Below, piece after piece: positions 50,904 through 61,070 of a stretch of 64,000 nucleotides of DNA; position 1 is the first letter of the stretch; each line of letters starts with the position of its first letter. The stretch is from Gemmatimonadaceae bacterium (GTDB taxonomy: Bacteria; Gemmatimonadota; Gemmatimonadetes; Gemmatimonadales; Gemmatimonadaceae): positions 56,423 through 120,422 of the forward strand of contig JBBDYC010000005.1 in the NCBI GenBank assembly GCA_040901985.1. Reading direction: 5' to 3'. The translations under genes were made by a program, and so were the position numbers. The notes beneath the pieces were generated by a model. The model was not told where the DNA came from. It ran no database searches and saw only the letters and a program-made list of their open reading frames with translations.

Positions 50904-52172
50904 TCAGGTCGGGCCGAGGCGGACGATGGTCTGTTGGTCGGCACCGTAGAAGTCCCGGCAGACCGATTGCACCTCACCCGTCGTGATCGCGTCCACGCGG
51001 GCGAGGACTTCGTCGAGCGGGCGGTACGGCTCGTCGTAGAGCTCCACCGCGGCGGCGCGGTACATCCGCGACGTGACGCTCTCCATACCGAGCGTGATCT
51101 GGCCCTTCAACTGCTGCTTGCCCATCGCCAGCTCCTCGTCCGACAGGGCGGCGAGCTGGAGCAGCGAGAGTTCGCTCCGCACCACCCGCAGCGCCTCGGC
51201 CACCTTCTCGGGGGCGCAGCCGAGGTAGATGCCGGACATCCCGGCGCTGGCGTGGAAGCTCTGGAACGAGTGCACGGAGTAGGCGAGCCCAAGGTCCTCG
51301 CGCACGCGCTGGAAGAGGCGCGAGCTCATCCCGCCGCCGAAGAGCGCGTTCACCAACATCAACGGATGCCGGCGCGGGTCGCCGTAGGGCACGGTCGCAT
51401 TGCCGAGGACGAGGTGCGTCTGCTGGATGTCGCGCTCGACCGAGCGGTCGCTCGGCGCGGGGACCGTCGGCACCGGCACGGCCGGGAGCGGCGGCTCAGT
51501 GCCGCGCGGCAGGTCAAGCCACCCCGCCGACGCCATCACCTCGAGCAGCCGCTCGTGCGTGACGTTTCCCGCCGCCGCCGCCACGATCTGGTCGGGCCGA
51601 TACGCGCGCCCGTGGAGCGCCCGCACGTCGTCGAGGTCGAGCGCGCCCACGGTCTCCGGCGTGCCGAGGATCGAGTAGCCGAACGGGTGCGCGCCCCAGA
51701 GCTGCTCGCCGTGGAGCTCGAAGACGATGTCGTCCGGGGTGTCGTCCACCATCGCGATTTCCTCGAGCACCACGCCGCGCTCGAGCTCGAGGTCGGGGCG
51801 GCGCAACGCCGGCCGAAACATCAGGTCGAAGACCACGTCAACGGCCTGCGGGAGATGCTCGTCGAGCACCCGCGCCTGGAAGGCGGTGTGCTCGCGCCCG
51901 GTGTACGCGTCGAGCGACCCGCCCAGCGACTCAAGCGCCAGCGCGAGTTCCCTCGCGCTCCGGCGCTCCGAGCCCTTGAAGACCAGGTGCTCGAGGAGGT
52001 GCGAGACCCCCATCTTCTCGCGCGATTCGTGGAGCGAGGCCGCGCGCACCCAGGCCCCGAACGCCACCGACCGCACGCCCGGCATATGCTCCGAGAGTAC
52101 GGTCAGTCCATTCGGCAGGACGGTCCGTTGCACGCCGCGTTCCGCGGCGACCGCGACGGACGCGTCGGTCAC
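50904..52172 (-). CDS. M16 family zinc peptidase
   Basis: HLLEHLVFKG (HxxEH) and GGGMSSRLFQ.VRE. Typical position downstream of pnp. Confidence 0.93.
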   Translation of the reverse strand: MTDASVAVAAERGVQRTVLPNGLTVLSEHMPGVRSVAFGAWVRAASLHESREKMGVSHLLEHLVFKGSERRSARELALALESLGGSLDAYTGREHTAFQARVLDEHLPQAVDVVFDLMFRPALRRPDLELERGVVLEEIAMVDDTPDDIVFELHGEQLWGAHPFGYSILGTPETVGALDLDDVRALHGRAYRPDQIVAAAAGNVTHERLLEVMASAGWLDLPRGTEPPLPAVPVPTVPAPSDRSVERDIQQTHLVLGNATVPYGDPRRHPLMLVNALFGGGMSSRLFQRVREDLGLAYSVHSFQSFHASAGMSGIYLGCAPEKVAEALRVVRSELSLLQLAALSDEELAMGKQQLKGQITLGMESVTSRMYRAAAVELYDEPYRPLDEVLARVDAITTGEVQSVCRDFYGADQQTIVRLGPT

Positions 52173-54391
52173 TCGCGGCCGCGGCCTCCACGGCCGCCGC
52201 CACGCGGACGGTCACCGCGGGGGCGGTCGCTCCGCGGTCGGTCGCCACCCGACGCCCCGGCGCCGGCACCCACCGGCTCCCCGCTCCCCTCGCTCGCCCC
52301 TTCCGGCTTGGGCAGGAGCGCCTTGAGCGACAGCCGCAGGCGGCCGCGCTCGTCGCGGTCAATCAACTTCACCTTGATGTGCTCGCCCTTCTTGACCACG
52401 TCCTCCGGATTCTCGACGCGCGTGTGGCGCATCTCGGAGACGTGGAGGAGGGCCTCGGTGCCCGGCATGATCTCGATGAAGGCGCCGAACGCGGTCACCG
52501 ACTTCACGGTGCCCTCGTACGTCTCGCCCACCACCGGCTCGGCCGTGATTGCCTGGACCATCTGGCGCGCCCGCTCCATCGCCTCGCCGCCGACGGCGGC
52601 GATCGTGACCATCCCCGAGTCGTCCACCGAGAGCTCGGCGCCGGTCTCGTCCTGGATCCCGCGGATCGTCTTCCCCTTGGGGCCGATCAGGTCGCCGATC
52701 TTCTCTGGGTTGATCATCATCGTGACGATGCGCGGCGCGTACGGCGACAGGTCCGGACGGACCTCCGGGAGCGCCTTGTTCATCTCCCCGAGGATGTGCA
52801 GCCGGCCTTCCTTCGCCTGCGCCAACGCCTCGGCCATGATCTTGAGGTCGAGCCCCTGGATCTTGATGTCCATCTGGATGGACGTGATCCCGGCGGCGGT
52901 CCCCGCCACCTTGAAGTCCATGTCGCCGAGGTGATCCTCGGTGCCGAGGATGTCGGTGAGGATCGCGTACTTCTTCCCTTCCTTGATGAGGCCCATCGCC
53001 ACGCCGGCCACCGGGGCCTTGAGCGGGATGCCCGCGTCAAAGCAAGCGAGCGAGCCACCGCAGATGGACGCCATCGAGGACGAGCCGTTGGACTCGAGCA
53101 CCTCGGAGACGATGCGGAGGGTATAGGGGAACTCCTCGAACGACGGCAGCACCGCCTGGATCGCCCGCTCGGCGAGCATGCCGTGGCCGATCTCGCGCCG
53201 GCCCGTGCCACGCATCGGCTTGGCCTCGCCGGTGCAGAACGGCGGGAAGTTGTAGTGGAGCATGAAGGACTTCGTCGTCTCCTTCGCGCTGTCAATCGAG
53301 TCCACGCGCTGGGCGTCGCTCGCGGTGCCGAGCGTGGCGACCACGAGGGCCTGCGTCTGGCCGCGCGTGAAGAGCGCGGACCCGTGGGCGCGCGGCAGCA
53401 GCGCGGTGTCCACCGAGATGTCGCGGACGACATTCGGCTTGCGGCCGTCCACCCGGAGGCCGGTGTCGAGCACCTGCGCGCGGAGCGCGTTGTACTCGAG
53501 GTCGCCGACGATGCCGCCGACGAGGCCGTGGTGCGCGGGGTCGAGGACCTCGGCCATCTCGGCCTTGACGTCGCTCTTCACCTGCTCGACGGCCGCGATG
53601 CGCGTGGCCTTGTCCTTCTGGTTGATGGCCGCCTCGATGCGCGGCTCGGCGGCCTTGGTGACCGTCGCGCGCACGTCGTCCGGGATCTCGACGCCGCTCC
53701 ACTCCATCTTCTCGACCTTCCCGGCCTTCTGGAGGAGCTCCTCCTGCATCGCCACGAGGTCCTGCAGTCCCTTCTGGGCGATCTTGAGGCCGTCAATGAC
53801 GTCCTCCTCGGTGACCTCGAGCGCGCCGCCCTCGACCATCATGATCGAGTCCTTGGAGCCGGCGACAATCATGTCCATGTCGCTGAACTCGAGCGCCTGG
53901 AAGGTCGGGTTGAGGAGCCACTTCCCCTCGACGCGGCCGACGCGCACGCCCGCAATCGGACCGGCGAACGGGATCTTGCTCGCGCTCAGCGCGAACGAGG
54001 CGGCCACGAGGCCGAGTACGTCGGCGTCATTCTCCTGGTCGGCCGAGAGGACGTAGAGGACGACCTGCACCTCGTTCTGGAACCCTTCGGGGAAGAGCGG
54101 ACGGATGGAGCGGTCGATGATCCGGCAGGAGAGGATCTCCTCGTCGCGCGGACGCCCTTCGCGCTTGATGAACCCGCCGGCGATCTTGCCCGCAGCGTAA
54201 GTCTTTTCCTTGTACTCGACGGTCAGCGGGAAGAAGGGCAGCGGGCTCTTCTTGTCGCTGACGGTGACGGCGGCGAGGATGACGGTCTCGCCGTAGGTGA
54301 CGAGGGCCGAGCCCGCGGCCTGCTTGGCCATGCGCCCGGTCTCGATGATGAGAGGGCGGCCGGCGAAGGTCCGCTCGATACGATGCATCAT
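52169..54391 (-). CDS. pnp: Polyribonucleotide nucleotidyltransferase (PNPase)
   Basis: FFPLTVEY, RREIGHG, SNGSSSMAS and GDMDFKVAG, plus KH and S1 domains. Confidence 0.98.
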   Translation of the reverse strand: MMHRIERTFAGRPLIIETGRMAKQAAGSALVTYGETVILAAVTVSDKKSPLPFFPLTVEYKEKTYAAGKIAGGFIKREGRPRDEEILSCRIIDRSIRPLFPEGFQNEVQVVLYVLSADQENDADVLGLVAASFALSASKIPFAGPIAGVRVGRVEGKWLLNPTFQALEFSDMDMIVAGSKDSIMMVEGGALEVTEEDVIDGLKIAQKGLQDLVAMQEELLQKAGKVEKMEWSGVEIPDDVRATVTKAAEPRIEAAINQKDKATRIAAVEQVKSDVKAEMAEVLDPAHHGLVGGIVGDLEYNALRAQVLDTGLRVDGRKPNVVRDISVDTALLPRAHGSALFTRGQTQALVVATLGTASDAQRVDSIDSAKETTKSFMLHYNFPPFCTGEAKPMRGTGRREIGHGMLAERAIQAVLPSFEEFPYTLRIVSEVLESNGSSSMASICGGSLACFDAGIPLKAPVAGVAMGLIKEGKKYAILTDILGTEDHLGDMDFKVAGTAAGITSIQMDIKIQGLDLKIMAEALAQAKEGRLHILGEMNKALPEVRPDLSPYAPRIVTMMINPEKIGDLIGPKGKTIRGIQDETGAELSVDDSGMVTIAAVGGEAMERARQMVQAITAEPVVGETYEGTVKSVTAFGAFIEIMPGTEALLHVSEMRHTRVENPEDVVKKGEHIKVKLIDRDERGRLRLSLKALLPKPEGASEGSGEPVGAGAGASGGDRPRSDRPRGDRPRGGGRGGRGRE

Positions 54392-54413
54392 TTTCTGTTT
54401 GTCTCTGATCTGT

Positions 54414-54457
54414 ACACGAAGCGCGCGATCCGCGTCAGTGCGGTCGCGCGCTCGTGT
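54414..54457 (-). other. Long hairpin in the rpsO-pnp intergenic region
   Basis: ACACGA(A)GCGCGCGA(T)CCGC-GTCAGT-GCGG TCGCGCGC TCGTGT: about an 18-bp stem with two single-base bulges and no U-tract on the sense strand. Confidence 0.65.
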
Positions 54458-54468
54458 GGGTGAAGCGC

Positions 54469-54729
54469 TTAGTAGCGCAAGCCGAGGTCGGCGATGATCT
54501 TGCGGTAGGCGTCAACGTCCGTCCGCTTCAGGTAATCGAGGTGACGCCGACGCTTGCCGACCATCTTCAGGAGACCACGACGGCTATGGTGGTCCTTCTT
54601 GTGCTCGCGAAAGTGGTCCGTGAGGAAGTTGATTCGCTCCGTGAGCACCGCGACCTGCACCTGTGACGAGCCCGTGTCGGTCTCGTGCCGGCGATGCTTC
54701 TCGATCGCCGCCGTCTTGACGAACGCCAT
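54469..54729 (-). CDS. rpsO: 30S ribosomal protein S15
   Basis: [16 protein letters not shown] and [19 protein letters not shown]. Confidence 0.98.
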   Translation of the reverse strand: MAFVKTAAIEKHRRHETDTGSSQVQVAVLTERINFLTDHFREHKKDHHSRRGLLKMVGKRRRHLDYLKRTDVDAYRKIIADLGLRY

Positions 54730-54790
54730 CCCTGATGTCCTTGCCTGCGCTACGCAGTGCGTTGAGTTGCCGATTCCGTTGTAGCATCGG

Positions 54791-54819
54791 AACTTAGCCC
54801 GTTTTTGCGCCCCTGTAAA
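54791..54819 (-). promoter_or_regulatory. sigma70-type promoter of rpsO
   Basis: Minus strand TTTACA-N17-TAAGTT. Confidence 0.6.
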
Positions 54820-54837
54820 GGGGACGCGCGCGAACGC

Positions 54838-56040
54838 TCATTCCCCCCCGAACCACCCCATCACCAGCCGTTTCAGGTCGTTGAACGTCACCGTCACGAA
54901 GAGCAACAGGATTGCCGTCAGCCCGATCCGCGCATACCACTCCTTGACCATCGGCGGGAACGATCGCCGGAAGGCGCCCTCGGCCAGCTGGAAGAGGATC
55001 TGGCCCCCATCGAGCAGGGGGATGGGCAGGAGATTGAGAATCGCGAGGTTGATGCTCAGGAAGGCCACGAGCATCCACAGGGTCTGTGCGCCGCTCTGCG
55101 CCGCCTCCACGCTCGACCGGGCAATCTCCACCGGGCCCCCGAGCTGGGAGACCGAGACCTTGCCGAGGAGGAGCCCCCCGAGCACGGCCAGGACGTTGCC
55201 GCCCATATCCCAGGTGAGGTTCCACCCGGCGGCGACGGATTCGAGCGGTCCCATCCGCTCACGGACGGGGATGCCTCGCGGCCCCACGCCGATCCGTCCC
55301 ACGGTCCGGATCTCGCCGATCGGAGGGGTCGGGATCTCCTGCGCCTCCGGCGTGATGGCGAGCGTACGCGGCGATCCATCGCGCACCACCGTGACCGCCA
55401 GCGTCCGGCCGGGCGCCGCCGAGACCAGCGTCAGCACCTCGTCCCAGCGCGTCACCGGCGCCCCGTCTATGGCGACGATGCTGTCCCCGGTCTGCATCCC
55501 GGCGAGCGCTGCGGGGCGGTCCGCGATCACCGAGTCCACCACGGCGGGGAGGTATCCGCCACCGTACCACGCGAAGATCCCCGTCGTGACGACCACGGCC
55601 AACACGACATTCATGAAGACGCCGGCCAAGAGGATCACCAGCCGCTGGTAGAGCGGCTTGGACTCGAACCAGCGGTCGGCCGGAATCGGCTTGGGACCGT
55701 GGGGGATCATCGAGTGCTCATCCCAATGCCGCGACCGCTCGACCTCGGCGACGGGCTTCACGGCCCCGTCGGCACCGTTCGCGGCGACCAGCTCGGGGCC
55801 ACCCTCAAGCAGTGAGGCGCTCTCGTCTTCCCTTGACGCCATCCGCACATACCCGCCGATCGGCGCCACCGAAATGCAGTACTCCGTCTCGCCGCGCCGG
55901 AAGCCCCAGAGCGGCTTGCCCCAGCCGAGCGAGAAGCGCGGCGCGTATACGCCGGCCCACTTGGCGGCGAGGAAGTGCCCCAGCTCGTGCACGAAGATCA
56001 CGAGCCCGAGGACCAGCAGCGGGGCGAGCCAACTCAACAT
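54838..56040 (-). CDS. rseP: RIP metalloprotease RseP
   Basis: HELGH, GGYVRM, a PDZ domain and NLLPIPLLDGG. Confidence 0.95.
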   Translation of the reverse strand: MLSWLAPLLVLGLVIFVHELGHFLAAKWAGVYAPRFSLGWGKPLWGFRRGETEYCISVAPIGGYVRMASREDESASLLEGGPELVAANGADGAVKPVAEVERSRHWDEHSMIPHGPKPIPADRWFESKPLYQRLVILLAGVFMNVVLAVVVTTGIFAWYGGGYLPAVVDSVIADRPAALAGMQTGDSIVAIDGAPVTRWDEVLTLVSAAPGRTLAVTVVRDGSPRTLAITPEAQEIPTPPIGEIRTVGRIGVGPRGIPVRERMGPLESVAAGWNLTWDMGGNVLAVLGGLLLGKVSVSQLGGPVEIARSSVEAAQSGAQTLWMLVAFLSINLAILNLLPIPLLDGGQILFQLAEGAFRRSFPPMVKEWYARIGLTAILLLFVTVTFNDLKRLVMGWFGGE

Positions 56041-57197
56041 CAGGACAGCTCCAGGACAAGGGATCTCGCGGCGGCATCCGCCGCGAGCAACGTCGTTCGG
56101 TCGTTCCCCGGCAGGCCGCCGAGCTTGGACAGCGCGGCCTCGATGGCCGCCGGGATCCGCGCAAAGGCGAGCGAGCCCGCGATCACCCGCGCCACCGCCG
56201 CCTCGTTGGCCGCATTGAACACCGCCGGCGCGGCGCCCCCGGCGCGGCCGGCCGCAATCCCGAGGCCGAGCGCCGGAAAGGCATCGTGCCGCACCGGTTC
56301 GAACGTCAATGGACTATGCGCCAGCGGGTCGAAGCGCGGTACCCCCTCGTCGAGGAGACGGTCCGGGTAGCCGAGCGCGTAGAGAATCGGCAACTCCATT
56401 GACGGCACGCCGAGTTGGGCGAGCACGCTCCCGTCGTCGAACTCGACGAACGAATGCACGATGCTCTGCGGATGCACCACGACCTCGATCCGGTCGTAGG
56501 GCACGCCGAACAGCAGGTGCGCCTCGATGACCTCGAGCGCCTTGTTCGCCAGGGACGCGCTGTCCACGGTGATCTTCCTGCCCATCGTCCAGATCGGGTG
56601 CTTGAGCGCATCCTCGACCCGGGCGCCACGGATCCGTTCCGCGTCCCAGGTGCGGAATGGCCCGCCCGACGCGGTGATCACCAGCCGCCGGACGCCGGCG
56701 AGCGGAAAGAGACCGTCGCCGGTTGCGGCGATGCGGCCGGCGCAGCACTGGAGGAGCGCCGAGTGTTCGGAGTCCACCGGGACGACGGTCCCCCCGTGTG
56801 CGCGCGCGGCGCGCTGCACCAGCGCCCCGCCGACGACGAGTGACTCCTTGTTGGCGAGCGCGACCCGCTTCCCCGCTTCCAGCGCCGCGAGCGTGGCGTC
56901 GAGTCCAGCCGCGCCGACGACGGCATTGATCACGATTGCCGCGTCGGGGCGCCGGGCGGCCTCGACCAGGCAGTGGACACCCTGCCCCCACGACGCCGGC
57001 ACTGGGGTCGGGCCGGGGTCCACGATTCCGACGTACGAAGGCGACCACCGCTCGGCGGTCGCGGCAAGCTTGGCCACATTGCCATTCGCCGTCAGCGCCA
57101 CCGGCCGGAAGCGGTCGGGATGGCGGGCGATGACCCGCTGCGCCGTCTCGCCGATCGAGCCCGTGGCGCCGAGGATCGCGACGCCGGCCGCGCTCAC
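56040..57197 (-). CDS. dxr: 1-deoxy-D-xylulose-5-phosphate reductoisomerase
   Basis: LGATGSIG, LANKESLV, PVDSEH and MGRKITVDSA. Confidence 0.97.
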   Translation of the reverse strand: MSAAGVAILGATGSIGETAQRVIARHPDRFRPVALTANGNVAKLAATAERWSPSYVGIVDPGPTPVPASWGQGVHCLVEAARRPDAAIVINAVVGAAGLDATLAALEAGKRVALANKESLVVGGALVQRAARAHGGTVVPVDSEHSALLQCCAGRIAATGDGLFPLAGVRRLVITASGGPFRTWDAERIRGARVEDALKHPIWTMGRKITVDSASLANKALEVIEAHLLFGVPYDRIEVVVHPQSIVHSFVEFDDGSVLAQLGVPSMELPILYALGYPDRLLDEGVPRFDPLAHSPLTFEPVRHDAFPALGLGIAAGRAGGAAPAVFNAANEAAVARVIAGSLAFARIPAAIEAALSKLGGLPGNDRTTLLAADAAARSLVLELS

Positions 57198-58048
57198 GCG
57201 CCCACCGTCAGCAGGAGGTCGAGCAGGACATAGGCGACCGGCACGGCGAAGAGGAGCGAATCGGTGCGGTCGAGCACGCCGCCGTGGCCCGGAATGAGGG
57301 TCGAGCTGTCCTTCACCCCCGCCTCGCGCTTGAGGAGGCTCTCCACGAGGTCACCCAGTTGCGCCGCCGCGCTGACCGCGACGCCGAACAGCACCACGGC
57401 GCCGAGCGAGAGGCCGAGCCCGGCATAGGGCCCGAGCACGAGGCGCGCATAGAGCCAGGCCGCCACGACCGACACCACGAGCCCGCCGACCGCGCCCGCC
57501 ACGGTCTTCGCCGGACTCACGCTCGGCATCAGCTTGCGCTTGCCAAAGCGCTTGCCGGCGAAGAAGGCGCCGCTGTCGTTGAGCCAGGTGAGGACCACCG
57601 GGAAGGCGACGAGGAGTGCGCCGGCCACCGCCCCGACGGCGAACCGGTGATACCGCAGCGCATAGACGAAGCTCAGCAGCCCGCCGGTATACCAGACGCC
57701 GAGCAACGTGGTCGCCACGGCACCGAGCGGCGCCCCGAGCGAGCCGCGACGCCAGAGCGCGAGGGTGAGCAACGCCGGCACGACGAGCGCCACCCACGAG
57801 AACGGCGGAACCCAGTAGCCCAGCCGCAGCGCGTGCACCATCAACGGGATGAGCGCGGCGAGGACGATGCCGGTCCGCATCAGCGGCCGGTGGCCGGCGG
57901 CCGCGGCGAGTCGCGCAAACTCCCAGGCGCCGAGGCCGGCGACGAGGGAGAGGAGGACCGTCAGCGGCGCGTCGCCGACGAAGACCGCCAGGGCAACGAC
58001 GGGGATGGCCGCCGCCGCGAAGAGCACGCGCTTGGCGAACTCGCTCAC
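57194..58048 (-). CDS. cdsA: Phosphatidate cytidylyltransferase
   Basis: SPAKT and GDLVESLLKREAGVKDS..IPGHGGVLDR.DS. GTG start. Confidence 0.94.
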   Translation of the reverse strand: MSEFAKRVLFAAAAIPVVALAVFVGDAPLTVLLSLVAGLGAWEFARLAAAAGHRPLMRTGIVLAALIPLMVHALRLGYWVPPFSWVALVVPALLTLALWRRGSLGAPLGAVATTLLGVWYTGGLLSFVYALRYHRFAVGAVAGALLVAFPVVLTWLNDSGAFFAGKRFGKRKLMPSVSPAKTVAGAVGGLVVSVVAAWLYARLVLGPYAGLGLSLGAVVLFGVAVSAAAQLGDLVESLLKREAGVKDSSTLIPGHGGVLDRTDSLLFAVPVAYVLLDLLLTVGA

Positions 58049-58055
58049 CGCGCGC

Positions 58056-58799
58056 TCAGACCGCGACGCGGCCGAACCGGCGATCCCGATTCTGGTAGTC
58101 GAGGATCGCCTCGTACAGGTTGGCGCGGCCGAAATCCGGCCAGAGCACGGGCGAGATGACGAGCTCGGTGTAGGCCAGTTGCCAGAGCAGGAAGTTCGAG
58201 ATGCGTTGCTCACCCGAGGTGCGGATCAACAGGTCGGGGTCGGGGCAACCGGCGGTGAAGAGCCGCTCGGTGAACGCGGCCTCGTCCACCTGCTCGGGCG
58301 TCAGGCGCCCGGCGGCCACCTCCTCCGCGATCAGCCGCGCCGCCCGGACGAGCTCGGCACGTGAGCCGTACGAGATGAAGAGGTTGAGCGTCAGCGTGGT
58401 GTTGCCCGCCGTCTGTGAGACGACGCGGTCCACCGCGGCGCGCGCCGGCGGCGTCAGCCGGTCAAGGTCACCGAGCACCCGGACGCGGACGCCCTGGGCG
58501 TCAAGTTCGTTGGCCTCTCGCTGGATGTACTCCTCGAGGAGCGACATCAGCGCGGTGATCTCGCCGGCCGGTCGCTGCCAGTTCTCCTGCGAGAAGGCGA
58601 AGAGCGAGAGGACGTCGAGGCCCACTTCCACCGCGCCCTCGACGACCTCGCGCACCGCCGCCATCCCGCTGCGGTGCCCGAGCGGGCGCGGAAGCATCCG
58701 CTCGCGGGCCCACCGCCCGTTGCCGTCCATGATGATGGCGACGTGGCGAGGGACCGCTCCGTGGAGTCGGACCTGGGCGAGGAGGTCGGGTGCGTTCAT
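58056..58799 (-). CDS. uppS: Undecaprenyl diphosphate synthase
   Basis: HVAIIMDGNGRW, FSQENWQRP and DLLIRTSGEQRISNFLLWQ. Confidence 0.97.
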   Translation of the reverse strand: MNAPDLLAQVRLHGAVPRHVAIIMDGNGRWARERMLPRPLGHRSGMAAVREVVEGAVEVGLDVLSLFAFSQENWQRPAGEITALMSLLEEYIQREANELDAQGVRVRVLGDLDRLTPPARAAVDRVVSQTAGNTTLTLNLFISYGSRAELVRAARLIAEEVAAGRLTPEQVDEAAFTERLFTAGCPDPDLLIRTSGEQRISNFLLWQLAYTELVISPVLWPDFGRANLYEAILDYQNRDRRFGRVAV

Positions 58800-58827
58800 C
58801 GGCAGGGACGGTGGACCGGGGCGCCGG

Positions 58828-59382
58828 TCAGACCTCGAGGATCTCGGCTTCCTTGGCCTTCATCGCTGCATCAATCCTTGCGATCTCCTCGTCGTGCAGC
58901 TTCTGGAGATCCTTCTCGGCGTGCTTCACCTCGTCCTCCGAGACGCCGTTGAGCTTCTTGAGCTGGTCGCGCGCGCTGGTGCGGGCGTGGCGGACCGCGA
59001 TCCGGCCGTCCTCGGCGTACTTGTGCACCACCTTCACGAGGTCCTTGCGGCGCTCCTCGTTCATCGAGGGGAGCGGCACGCGGATCACCGTGCCCTGTGC
59101 CGACGGGTCAAAGCCGAGGTTCGACTCGCGGATCGCCTTCTCGACCGCCTTCACCTGCCCCTTGTCGAAGGGCGTGACGACAATCAGTCGCGGCTCGGGG
59201 GCCGAGACGCTCGCCACCTGGTTCATCGCCATCAGCTGTCCGTACATCTCGACCTTGACCGTGTCGAGCATACCGGGGTTGGCCTTTCCCGAGCGGACGG
59301 AGGCGAACTCGCGGCGCGCGGCCTCGACGCCCTTGTCCATCGCCGCACGGCAGTCCTTGAGGATGTTCTGGGTCGTGGTCAT
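58828..59382 (-). CDS. frr: Ribosome recycling factor
   Basis: [17 protein letters not shown] and AVRHAR. Confidence 0.96.
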   Translation of the reverse strand: MTTTQNILKDCRAAMDKGVEAARREFASVRSGKANPGMLDTVKVEMYGQLMAMNQVASVSAPEPRLIVVTPFDKGQVKAVEKAIRESNLGFDPSAQGTVIRVPLPSMNEERRKDLVKVVHKYAEDGRIAVRHARTSARDQLKKLNGVSEDEVKHAEKDLQKLHDEEIARIDAAMKAKEAEILEV

Positions 59383-60089
59383 GAGACGAGGGTTCCGACC
59401 GGCTCGCCCCGCAGCGCGGCGGCGACGATGCCCGGCGTGTGGATGTTGAGGACGATCAGCGGAAGGTCGTTCTCCCTACACAGCGTGATGGCCGTCTGAT
59501 CCATCACCCGGAGCTCGTCGGTCATCACGTCCTTGTACGAGATCCGGTCGTACTTCTTGGCCTTGGCGTCCTGCTTCGGGTCGGCGTCGTAGACGCCGTC
59601 CACGCTCGTCGCCTTGATGATCACGTCGGCCTTCATCTGGATGGCCCGGAGCACCGCGGCGGTGTCGGTGGAGAAGTAGGGGTTCCCGGTGCCGGCGGCA
59701 AAGACCACGCACCGTCCCTTCTCGAGGTGGCGGATCGCGCGGCGGCGGATGAAGGGCTCGGCGATCTCCTCCATCCGGATGGCCGTCATCACGCGGGTGT
59801 CGAGTCCCTCGCGCTCGAGGACGTCCTGGAACGCGAGGGCGTTGACCACCGTGCCGAGCATCCCCATATAGTCGGCCGAGACGCGGTCCATCCCCATCTT
59901 GGAGATCTGCGACCCGCGGACGATGTTGCCGCCGCCGATCACCATCCCGATCTGTGCGCCGAGATCGGCGATCGCCTTGACCTGCCGGGCGTATTCCCGG
60001 ATCACGTCGAAATCGAATCCGAAACCCTTGTCGCCGGCGAGGGCTTCGCCGGAGAGCTTGAGGAGGACCCGCGGATACTTCAGTGTCAT
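59379..60089 (-). CDS. pyrH: UMP kinase
   Basis: [17 protein letters not shown] and [10 protein letters not shown]. Confidence 0.97.
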   Translation of the reverse strand: MTLKYPRVLLKLSGEALAGDKGFGFDFDVIREYARQVKAIADLGAQIGMVIGGGNIVRGSQISKMGMDRVSADYMGMLGTVVNALAFQDVLEREGLDTRVMTAIRMEEIAEPFIRRRAIRHLEKGRCVVFAAGTGNPYFSTDTAAVLRAIQMKADVIIKATSVDGVYDADPKQDAKAKKYDRISYKDVMTDELRVMDQTAITLCRENDLPLIVLNIHTPGIVAAALRGEPVGTLVS

Positions 60090-60102
60090 TCGGCGCCTGG
60101 GT

Positions 60103-61014
60103 TCAGGACTCGCCCATCTTGAATCGCACGAAGCGCGTCACGGTCAACGGCTGCCCCGCCTCCTTCGCGGTGGCCCGTACAAGATCGCCCACGGTCTGCT
60201 TGTCGTCACGCACCCAGGGCTGGCCAAGGAGCGTCACCTCGCCGTAGAGCTTGGCGATGCGGCCCTCGGTCATCCTCTGGGCGATGGCCTCCGGCTTGCC
60301 ACTCTCGACGGCCTGGGCGATGAAGATTGCGCGCTCGCGCTCGATGAACTCGGGCGGAACGCCGTCGCGGTCCACCGCGATCGCGACCTGCGGCACGCCG
60401 GCCGCGATGTGCTCGGCCACCTGCTTGCCCAGCTGGACGGCCTGCCCCCCCGTCCCCCCGGCAATCTCGACGAGGACGCCGGCCTTGCCGTTGAAGTGGA
60501 GGTAGCTGCCGACCACCCCGCCGGACTGCACGGCGAAGCGCGCGATGCGGCGGAGTTCCACCTTCTCTCCGGTCTTGGCCGAGGCGGCCTTCACGACGTC
60601 CCCGACGGTGCGCGTCTTGTTTTTGTCGGCGCTCCAGGGCGTGTCGAGGTACGCGCCGTCGGCGCCGACGGCGACGAGGCCTCCCACGCCGTCGTCGTGC
60701 GCCACGTGGTCGGCAATCTCCCGGGCGACGGCCAGGAACTCGTCGTTGCGGCCAACGAAGTCGGTCTCGCAGTTGAGCTCGATCATCGCCGCGCTCCGGC
60801 CGTCGGCGGCGGTCGAGATGACGATCTGGCCCTCTGAGGCGGCGCGGTCCGCGCGCTTGTCGGCCTTCGCGATTCCCTTCTTGCGGAGGATGTCAACGGC
60901 GGCCTGCATATCGCCCCCGGCCTCCTCGAGCGCCTTCTTGCAATCCATCATCCCCGCGCCCGTGCGGGCGCGGAGCTCAGCGACGTCCTTCGCGGTGATC
61001 AGTGTGGCAGCCAT
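60103..61014 (-). CDS. tsf: Elongation factor Ts
   Basis: [17 protein letters not shown] and ELNCETDFV. Confidence 0.97.
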   Translation of the reverse strand: MAATLITAKDVAELRARTGAGMMDCKKALEEAGGDMQAAVDILRKKGIAKADKRADRAASEGQIVISTAADGRSAAMIELNCETDFVGRNDEFLAVAREIADHVAHDDGVGGLVAVGADGAYLDTPWSADKNKTRTVGDVVKAASAKTGEKVELRRIARFAVQSGGVVGSYLHFNGKAGVLVEIAGGTGGQAVQLGKQVAEHIAAGVPQVAIAVDRDGVPPEFIERERAIFIAQAVESGKPEAIAQRMTEGRIAKLYGEVTLLGQPWVRDDKQTVGDLVRATAKEAGQPLTVTRFVRFKMGES

Positions 61015-61070
61015 CGGTGATCTCTCAATGGTGGGCGTGGGTGCGGCGGGGAACGTGGTGAAGCGGCCGC

